Shown here in pieces: positions 53,058-61,200 of a DNA stretch of 64,000 nt. The DNA comes from Planctomycetota bacterium. Its GTDB lineage: Bacteria; Planctomycetota; B15-G4. A model generated the notes under the pieces. The model was not told where the DNA came from. It saw only the letters and a list, made by a program, of their open reading frames with translations, and searched no databases. Positions within the stretch are counted from its first letter, which is position 1; every line of letters begins with the position of its first letter. The stretch lies in contig CBDFJQ010000002.1 in the NCBI GenBank assembly GCA_965248575.1, forward strand, positions 992,001 through 1,056,000, in the 5' to 3' direction. The position numbers and the translations under genes are program-made.

Positions 53058-53959
53058 GCTGCAGGACCCCTCAATCGGCGTTCGATGTCGACGTAACGTT
53101 CGCGTGCCTTGTTCATGATCGCCTCGGGTAGCTCGGGCGCTGGGGGAGTCTTGTCCCACCCCATGTCGAGCAGCGCATCGCGGATCACCTGCTTGTCGTA
53201 GCTGTCCTGGGCGCGTCCGGGGGCGTAGGTGTCTTCCAACCAGTAGCGCGAAGAGTCCGGCGTGAAGACCTCGTCGATCAGGGTCAGTTGGTCCTGCACC
53301 AGACCAAACTCGAACTTGGTGTCCGCGAGCAGGATGCCCCGCGCGGCGGCGTGTTGCGATGCGGCGTCAAAGAGCGCCAGCGCCAGCGCTCCGGCCCTGG
53401 TCGCCAGGTCCACACCGACGATGTGTGCCAGCTGGGCGACACTGATGTTCTCGTCGTGCTGGCCCATGGGGGCCTTGGTGCTCGGCGTCAAGATCGCCTC
53501 GGGCAGCTTGCTGCTCTCCTGCAGGCCTGCGGGCAACTTGTGGCCGCAGATCTCACCAGTGCGCTGGTATTCCTTCCAGCCCGAGCCTGCGACGTAACCC
53601 CGGACGATGAACTCGGCCTTGAGTGGGGACGCCTTCTTGACCCACATCGAACGCCCTGCCAACGCATCGGCATGCCGCTGCACTGACTCGGGCATCTTGG
53701 AGACGTCGGTCTCGATCACGTGGTTCTGCAGCACGCTGGCCGTCTTCTCGAACCAGAACGTGCTCAGGCTCGTGAGCAGCTGCCCCTTGCCTTCCAAGCG
53801 CTGGGGCAGGATCACGTCGAAGGCGGACACGCGATCGGACGCCACCAGCAGCAGGCTGGATTCGTCCACTGAGTAGATGTCCCGGACCTTTCCACTGTGC
53901 AGCCGCGTCAGGCCGTCCAACTCTGCATCGAGTGTGTTTTCGGGTGTCTCGATCGTCAT
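53054..53959 (-). CDS. purC: SAICAR synthetase
   Basis: GKVRDIY, SDRVSAFD, TPSTKA..HDEN, ADTKFEFG, TPDSSRYW. Confidence 0.98.
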   Translation of the reverse strand: MTIETPENTLDAELDGLTRLHSGKVRDIYSVDESSLLLVASDRVSAFDVILPQRLEGKGQLLTSLSTFWFEKTASVLQNHVIETDVSKMPESVQRHADALAGRSMWVKKASPLKAEFIVRGYVAGSGWKEYQRTGEICGHKLPAGLQESSKLPEAILTPSTKAPMGQHDENISVAQLAHIVGVDLATRAGALALALFDAASQHAAARGILLADTKFEFGLVQDQLTLIDEVFTPDSSRYWLEDTYAPGRAQDSYDKQVIRDALLDMGWDKTPPAPELPEAIMNKARERYVDIERRLRGPAA

Positions 53960-54180
53960 CTCTTGGACCCTCCTGTGATCCGTTTGTCCGTGTCGCGGCG
54001 CCCGGAGCAGACGAGGTGAAGACTCCGAGCCCGGTGTGGAAGCGGCGGATCATACCGCACGGGCGAGGGCTCGATCGACCACAGCTACGCTCTTCCGAGT
54101 GGCTCGATGACCTGGCTATGCTGACTGGCAGCTCCAGCTCTCACGCCAACCCAGCCCTCCTTCCACACCCCGGACAGCCC

Positions 54181-55155
54181 ATGGCCGCTCCCTTCAAGTT
54201 GCTCGTGACCGGCGGAGCCGGCTACATCGGCAGTCATGCGACCCGGGCCCTGCGCGCCGCGGGGCACGACGTGGTGGTCTACGACGACCTCTCCGAGGGT
54301 TTCGAGAAGGCCGTCCTGGGGGCACCCTTGGTGGTCGCGGACATTCTCGACACCGAAACCCTGGCCGCGACCCTCAAGGGGCGCGAGATCGACGCCGTGC
54401 TGCACTTCGCTGCCCGTTGCTATGTGGGCGAGTCCATGGAGAAGCCCGACCTCTACTGGCGCATCAACCGGGACGGCACCCGCTCGCTGCTGAAGGCCAT
54501 GGGCGCGGTGGGGGTGCACAAGCTCGTGTTCTCCTCCACGTGCGCGGTGTACGGCCTGCCCGACCAGGTGCCGTTGGTGGAGGACATGCCGCACCGCCCC
54601 CTGAGCGTCTACGGGGAAACCAAATCGGCCATGGAGGCGGAGATCGCCCAAGCGGTGGACAGCTCGCCCTTGGAAGCGGTGATCTTCCGGTACTTCAACG
54701 CAGCCGGTGCCAGCGTCGATGCCGTGCTGGGGGAGCACCATGACCCGGAGACGCACCTGATCCCCCTGGCGCTCATGGCAGCACGAGACGGCAGAACCTT
54801 GACGGTCAACGGCAACGACTACCCCACGGCGGACGGCACCTGCATCCGTGACTATGTGCACGTCTGCGATCTGGCGGACGCCCACGTGCGCGGCGTCGAA
54901 CGCCTCCTGGATGGTAAGCCCGGCCTGACCGCCAACCTCGGCAGCGGCCACGGCAACTCGGTGCTTGAGATCCTGGAGGCGGTGCGCAGCGTCACCGGGC
55001 TTCCGCTGGAGACGCTGACCGGCCCGCGTCGGCCTGGCGACCCTGCAGCTCTCTACGCCGCCGCGGATCGAGCCCGGGAACTCCTGGGATGGCAACCCGA
55101 ATACACGCGCATCGAGACCATCGTGGAGCACGCATGGAGCGCACTCCGCGCCTGA
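54181..55155 (+). CDS. galE: UDP-glucose 4-epimerase
   Basis: TGGAGYIGSH, FSSTCAVYG, YGETK, RYFNAAGA, DGTCIRDYVHV. Confidence 0.95.
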   Translation: MAAPFKLLVTGGAGYIGSHATRALRAAGHDVVVYDDLSEGFEKAVLGAPLVVADILDTETLAATLKGREIDAVLHFAARCYVGESMEKPDLYWRINRDGTRSLLKAMGAVGVHKLVFSSTCAVYGLPDQVPLVEDMPHRPLSVYGETKSAMEAEIAQAVDSSPLEAVIFRYFNAAGASVDAVLGEHHDPETHLIPLALMAARDGRTLTVNGNDYPTADGTCIRDYVHVCDLADAHVRGVERLLDGKPGLTANLGSGHGNSVLEILEAVRSVTGLPLETLTGPRRPGDPAALYAAADRARELLGWQPEYTRIETIVEHAWSALRA

Positions 55156-55937
55156 TCGTGCTGGGCTCGGGCACCTCTGTCCCGCGCGCCGGTCGCACCA
55201 CGAGCTGCTATCTGGTCGACCCAGGGGACGGACGCGCCCTGCTGATCGACCTGGGCCCCGGCGCCCTGCAACGAGCAGCCGCCTTGGGCTACGACCTGGA
55301 CCGGCTGCACGGGATCCTGGTCACCCACATCCATCCAGACCACAGCGCTGACCTCGTCGCGCTGGACTTCGCCTTGCGGAACCCCATCCCCCGTGCCGGC
55401 ATGCCAGCGCTCGACGTCTGGGGGCACGCGGACCTGGCCCTGCTGCATGCACGGGTTCGCAACGCATGGCCGGGCTGGCTGGGCAGCGGCCCTGAGCGGC
55501 TGCGGCTGCAGACCGTAGAGGTCTCTCGCCGGGCTTCGACGGCTGGCACCCCCGTGGACGCCCCGGGCTTCCGGCACGTGGCTGCCTTTCCCATCGCCCA
55601 CACCCAGAGCTCCGTCGGCTATCGCCTGACCTTGCCCAATGGCTTCGTGATCGCCTTCTCGGGGGATGCCGCCGAGGGCGCGGGGCTGCTGGATCTTGGC
55701 CGCGACAGCGACTTGTTCGTGCTGGAGGCCGCCGTTCCCGAATCACGGCCGGTCGAAGGGCACCTCTCTCCAGAACGCGCGGCTCGGGTGGGGCAGGCCT
55801 CTGGCACCCGTCATCTGCTCCTGACGCACTTCTATCCGGGGGTTCTGGGGGAGCCCATGCGCCCTCGCGTTCGCAGCGCATTTCGGGGTCGGCTCAGCCT
55901 GGCAGAAGATGGGATGATCCTTCCGCTCGTGCCCTGA
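55134..55937 (+). CDS. Metallo-beta-lactamase fold hydrolase (RNase Z-like)
   Basis: VLGSGT, DLGPG, THIHPDH, SGD, GHLSP, LTHFYP. Confidence 0.85.
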   Translation: MERTPRLIVLGSGTSVPRAGRTTSCYLVDPGDGRALLIDLGPGALQRAAALGYDLDRLHGILVTHIHPDHSADLVALDFALRNPIPRAGMPALDVWGHADLALLHARVRNAWPGWLGSGPERLRLQTVEVSRRASTAGTPVDAPGFRHVAAFPIAHTQSSVGYRLTLPNGFVIAFSGDAAEGAGLLDLGRDSDLFVLEAAVPESRPVEGHLSPERAARVGQASGTRHLLLTHFYPGVLGEPMRPRVRSAFRGRLSLAEDGMILPLVP

Positions 55938-55983
55938 GCCCAACAAAGAGAGACCCACAAGGACCCCAGCCCGGGACCTCTGC

Positions 55984-57444
55984 ATGTCTGCCCACGCCCT
56001 GTGCCTGCTCGCCCTCTCCATCCTGGGTCTGGGCGACTCCGTGGAACAGGTTCTGGGCCGGCCCATCCTGGCTGGTGCCTCGGTCTCCGTGGCCGTGGCC
56101 GACGCCGAGACAGGGGAGCCGATCTTTTCCAAGAACCTCGACGTGCCGCGCACGCCTGCCAGCAACCTCAAGCTGGTGAGCACGGCCGCAGCCCTGTCGA
56201 GCCTGGGGCCGGACTATGTCTTCGCCACGCGGCTCATGGCAGCGAACGCCAACGAACAGGGCCCGCTTGTCAACCGTGACGGCACTCTGCAAGGGGACCT
56301 GATCCTGCTGGGCGGGGGAGACCCGTGCTTGCGCTCGGACACCCTGCGCGACCAGCCCGATCAGGTGGACGACGCCGCTCGACTCCTGGCGGACCTGCTG
56401 AAGTCCAAGGGCGTCAAGCGCATCGATGGAGCGCTCGTGCTGGACGACGCCTTCCTGGATCGGCAGTGGGTGCACCCGGAATGGGATCTGTCCGATCTCG
56501 ACTTCCCCTACGCCGCACCTATCAGCGCGCTGTCAATCCACGGCAACTGCCTCACGATCTCCGTGGATGGTCGCAGCGGCGGCAGTCACCCCGTCGCCTC
56601 CCTGCGCCACGAGGTGGACGGCTACGACCTGCGCAATGAGGTCAAGTGGGCGAGCGCGACGCGCACCTTCAGCGTGGGCGCCCTGCGTCCGGACGACCGC
56701 GGTGGTATCCGCCTGCGAGGTTCGATATCGCACGGCCTCGAACCGCACGAGTTGCGTGTGCCCGTTCGGGACGGGGCGCTGCTCTTCGGGCGCTGCCTCA
56801 TGTCGCAGCTCGAACGGGTGGGCATCCACGTGCGGGATGGCATGCAGAGGGAAGGAGGAGCAGCACGCTCCCTCGGCAGCTCCTCCGAACTGGTGCGCTT
56901 GGAGACGCCTCTGTCTCTCGCCGTGATCCTGGCCAACAAGGAGAGTGACAACTCCATCAGCGACCACGTGTTCAAGGTGCTCGGCGCAGAGATCCTCGGC
57001 AAGGGTTCCTTTTCAGGCGGAGCCGAAGCCACGGAGCGCTTCCTCAAGAACACGGTGAAGACCCGGATTCCGGGCTTCTCCATGGCAGATGGCTCTGGGC
57101 TCGCATCCACCAACCGCATCACCGTGCGCCAGATGGTGGACATGCTCGTGGCCATGAACACCTCCAGCGCCCCCGTCCGGGACCTCTTCCTGCGCTCGCT
57201 GCCGGTGGCCGGAATGGACGGATCCTTGCGCGATCGACTCACGCAGCCGGGCTACGCGGGGCGAGTGCGCGCCAAGTCCGGATACATCAGCGGGGTCTCA
57301 GGCCTCTCCGGCTACGTCCAAACGAGGTCCGAGCGTGTGCTCGCCTTCTCGATCCTGATCAATGACGTCCCCAAGGGCGTGGGCAATCGGTTCATGAAGA
57401 TCGTGCAGGATGACATCTGCCGGGACCTCGTCGACCGCTACTGA
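55984..57444 (+). CDS. dacB: D-Ala-D-Ala carboxypeptidase/endopeptidase (peptidase S13)
   Basis: SxxK (PASNLK), GGGDP, SxN (SDN), DGSGL, KSG. Confidence 0.93.
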   Translation: MSAHALCLLALSILGLGDSVEQVLGRPILAGASVSVAVADAETGEPIFSKNLDVPRTPASNLKLVSTAAALSSLGPDYVFATRLMAANANEQGPLVNRDGTLQGDLILLGGGDPCLRSDTLRDQPDQVDDAARLLADLLKSKGVKRIDGALVLDDAFLDRQWVHPEWDLSDLDFPYAAPISALSIHGNCLTISVDGRSGGSHPVASLRHEVDGYDLRNEVKWASATRTFSVGALRPDDRGGIRLRGSISHGLEPHELRVPVRDGALLFGRCLMSQLERVGIHVRDGMQREGGAARSLGSSSELVRLETPLSLAVILANKESDNSISDHVFKVLGAEILGKGSFSGGAEATERFLKNTVKTRIPGFSMADGSGLASTNRITVRQMVDMLVAMNTSSAPVRDLFLRSLPVAGMDGSLRDRLTQPGYAGRVRAKSGYISGVSGLSGYVQTRSERVLAFSILINDVPKGVGNRFMKIVQDDICRDLVDRY

Positions 57445-57449
57445 ATCCC

Positions 57450-58283
57450 GTGACTGCCGACGACATCCCCCAGCTCCTCGCTTTCGCCGTGGAGACCGCC
57501 CGCTCGGCAGGTGAGGTCATCGCGCAGCACGATCTGGGCCAGCCCCACGCCGCCCCCGACGTGACCATGAAGGGCTTGCGCGACCCCGTCACGGTGGCTG
57601 ACCTGGCTGCCGAGCGTCACATCGTCAGTCGCATCCGTGCGGCCTACCCCGCGAACGCCATCTTCGCGGAGGAGGAAACGCGCGATACCCGGCGCGACGG
57701 CCTCACCTGGTATGTGGACCCCCTCGATGGCACCGTGAATTTCAGCCAGGCACACCCGTTCTACGCCGTGTCCATCGCCCTCTACGACGGGCCCACACCG
57801 CTGGTCGGCGTCGTCCACGCCCCGCGACTGGGCGAGACCTTCGCCGCCGGGCGGGGGTTGGGCGCCACGCTCAACGGCATGCCGCTGCAGGTGTCCTCCA
57901 AGGACGCGTTGATCCAGGCCGTGCTCGCCACGGGCTTCGCCTACAAGCGCAACGAACTGGCGGACAACAACGTGGGTCACTTCACCGACTTCATCCTGAA
58001 GGTGCGTGGGATGCGGCGCTGCGGATCAGCGGCGCTGGACCTGGCCTACACCGCGGCCGGCCGCCTGGATGGCTACTGGGAGCCGCATCTGAATCCCTTC
58101 GATGTGGCAGCCGGTGCCTTGCTGGTGCTGGAAGCGGGTGGCGTGGTCACCGACATGCAGGGCAGCGACGGCTGGTTGCAGGGCGGCACCATCGCAGCTG
58201 GACCGAAGCGCATGCACGCGCTGATGCTCGATCAGCTGATTGGGCAAGAACCCGCAGCTCGCTCGGCGGGAGACGACGCATGA
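57450..58283 (+). CDS. suhB: Inositol monophosphatase family protein
   Basis: VT.AD, EE, DPLDGTVNF, GSAALDL, DVAAG. Confidence 0.92.
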   Translation: MTADDIPQLLAFAVETARSAGEVIAQHDLGQPHAAPDVTMKGLRDPVTVADLAAERHIVSRIRAAYPANAIFAEEETRDTRRDGLTWYVDPLDGTVNFSQAHPFYAVSIALYDGPTPLVGVVHAPRLGETFAAGRGLGATLNGMPLQVSSKDALIQAVLATGFAYKRNELADNNVGHFTDFILKVRGMRRCGSAALDLAYTAAGRLDGYWEPHLNPFDVAAGALLVLEAGGVVTDMQGSDGWLQGGTIAAGPKRMHALMLDQLIGQEPAARSAGDDA

Positions 58284-61200
58284 CGCTGCAAGACGTCGTC
58301 GTGCGTGGGGCCCGGGAACACAACCTGCAAGGGGTGGATGTCACCATCCCGCGGCTTGCGCTGACGACCATCACGGGCGTCTCGGGCTCCGGCAAGAGCT
58401 CCCTGGCCTTCGACACCATCTATCAAGAGGGTCAGCGACGGTACGTCGAGAGCCTCTCGTCCTACGCCCGCCAATTCCTGGGGCGGATGGAGAAGCCCAA
58501 GATCGATCAGATCGATGGCCTCTCTCCGACGCTGCTCATCGATCAGAAGACGGTCAACCGCAACCCGCGCTCCACGGTGGGCACGGTGACCGAGATCTAC
58601 GACTCCCTCAGATTGCTCTTCGCACGCTTGGGAATCCCGCACTGCGCGGTCTGCGGTGCAGCCGTGAAGGCGCAACCCGTCGACAGCATCGTGGAGACGA
58701 TCCTGGCCCGTTGGCCCGGGGAACGCATCGCGCTGCTTGCGCCCATCGTCCGGGATCGCAAGGGCACCTACCGAAGGGACCTCGAAGGCTGGCGGCTCAA
58801 GGGCTACACCCGGGTCTGGGTGGACGGCGTGGAGCGGCGGCTCGATGAAGAGATCGAGCTGGTGCGCAACGAGCGCCACACCCTCGAGCTGGTGGTGGAC
58901 CGCGTGCGACTGGAAGCCGAGCGCGTGGGGCGGCTCAGCGAAGGGGTCGAAACCGCCTGTCGCCTGGCCGATGGCTTCGTGCACGTGCGCGTCGGCAAGG
59001 GCGAGCCCACCGCCTTCTCCACCCGCAACACCTGCCCGGAAGGGCACGGCGACTTCCCGGAGTTGGAGCCCCGGCTGTTCTCCTTCAACTCACCGCACGG
59101 CGCCTGCCCGGCCTGCGAAGGCCTCGGCAAACGCCGCCAACCCGACCCCGACCTGCTCATCGCAGACGCCGGTCTGTCCATTCGTGACGGAGCCCTGAGA
59201 GTCAGCAACAAGACGGGCTACATGAGCTATGTGCGGCTCGGCCCCAAGAGCCTCGACGCGGTGGCAGCGGCCTTCGACATCGACCTCGATGTTCCCTGGA
59301 AGAAGCTCCCCAAGCGCGCCAAGCGGGTGATGCTGCACGGCTCCGGGGAGCGCGAAGTGACGCTCGAGTGGGATTGGAAGTCCCGCGACGGCAACAAGAC
59401 CGTGCACGGCTCGGACACGAAGCCCTTCGAAGGCCTGCTGCCAGCCATCGAGCGCCATGTGGGGCTGCCCGGCTTCCGCCAGGTCGAACGCTTCCTCGCC
59501 ACGCGCATCTGCGACGACTGCGAAGGCACGCGGCTGGGCCCGTCCCCGCGCGCCGTCACCTTCCACGATCTACGCTTGGATGAACTGACGGCCCTCACGG
59601 TGAGCGAGGCCCGCAAGTTCTTCCAGTCGCTCTCCTTCAGTGAGCGCGAGAAGCTGGTTGGCAAGCCGATCCTGGCCGAGATCACCAAGCGCCTGAGCTT
59701 CCTCGACGAGGTGGGGCTCGAGTACCTGAGCCTCGATCGCAGCTCCCGCACCCTGTCTGGCGGGGAGGCCCAGCGCGTGCGCCTGGCCACCCAGGTGGGC
59801 TCCGGCCTGCAGGGCGTGCTCTACGTCCTGGATGAGCCGTCCATCGGCCTGCACGCCCGGGACAACCAGCGCCTGATCGCCACCCTTCACGCCTTGCGCG
59901 ACCGCGGCAACACGGTGCTCGTGGTGGAGCATGACGAGGAGACGATCCTCGCCAGCGACCACATCATCGACATCGGGCCGGGGGCAGGGCGCCTGGGCGG
60001 GCACGTGCTCTCCGAGGGCACGGCCGCGGAGGTCTTGCGCGGGACCCAGACGCTGACGACGGACTACCTCACCGGTCGGCGCGGAATCGACCTGCCGCAG
60101 CAGCGACGGACAGGCAACGGCGAGCAGCTCTCGATCCTGGGTGCCAGCGCACGCAACCTCGTGGACCTGGACGTCTCCTTTCCGCTGGGCTGCCTGATCG
60201 CGGTGACGGGTGTCTCGGGCAGCGGCAAGTCCACCCTCGTCGACCATGTGCTCCGTCGCTCCCTCGCACGCACCCTGCATCGCGCCGAAAAGGTACCTGG
60301 GGAACACCGCGAGATCCGCGGCATCGAGCAGGTCGACAAGATCATCGAGATCGATCAGCAGCCCATCGGGCGCACGCCCCGCAGCAATCCCGCTACGTAC
60401 ACCGGGGTCATGGACCTCATCCGGGACGTGTTCGCCAACACGCCCGAAGCGAAGGTTCGCGGCTATGCCAAGGGGCGCTTCTCCTTCAACGTTAAGGGCG
60501 GACGCTGCGAGTCCTGCGAGGGCGCAGGGGTCAACACCATCGAGATGCAGTTCCTGCCCGATGTCCAGGTGCCCTGCGAGGTGTGCAACCGCCGCCGCTA
60601 CAACAGCGAAACGCTGGAGATCCAGTACCGCGGCCAGGCCATCGACCAGATCCTCGACATGACCGTGGACGAGGGGCTCGAGTTCTTCGCGCACCACCGC
60701 AAGACAGGGCGCATCCTGCAGACACTTCACGACGTCGGTCTCGGCTACGTCAGCCTCGGGCAACCGTCCACGACCCTCTCCGGAGGCGAGGCGCAGCGCA
60801 TGAAACTGGCCTCGGAGCTGTGCCGGCCGGCCACCGGAAGCACCCTCTATGTGCTCGACGAACCCACGACGGGCCTGCACTTCGAGGACATCCGCGTGCT
60901 CGTGGCAGCGCTTCAGCGGCTGGTCGATGCGGGGAACACCCTGATCGTCGTGGAGCACAACCTGGACGTCATCAAGGTGGCGGACCATGTGATCGACCTC
61001 GGGCCGGAAGGCGGCACAGGGGGCGGGGAGATCGTCGCCCAGGGCACGCCGGAGGAGGTGGCCGCCGTCCAGGCCTCTCACACTGGGCGCGCCTTGGCCC
61101 CCTTGCTCAAGCCGCGCAAGGTGCACATGCCCAAGGCGGTCACCAAGAAGCGCAAGGCCACCGCGGTACCTCGCGCGCTCACCGTCAAGGGCGCTTCACT

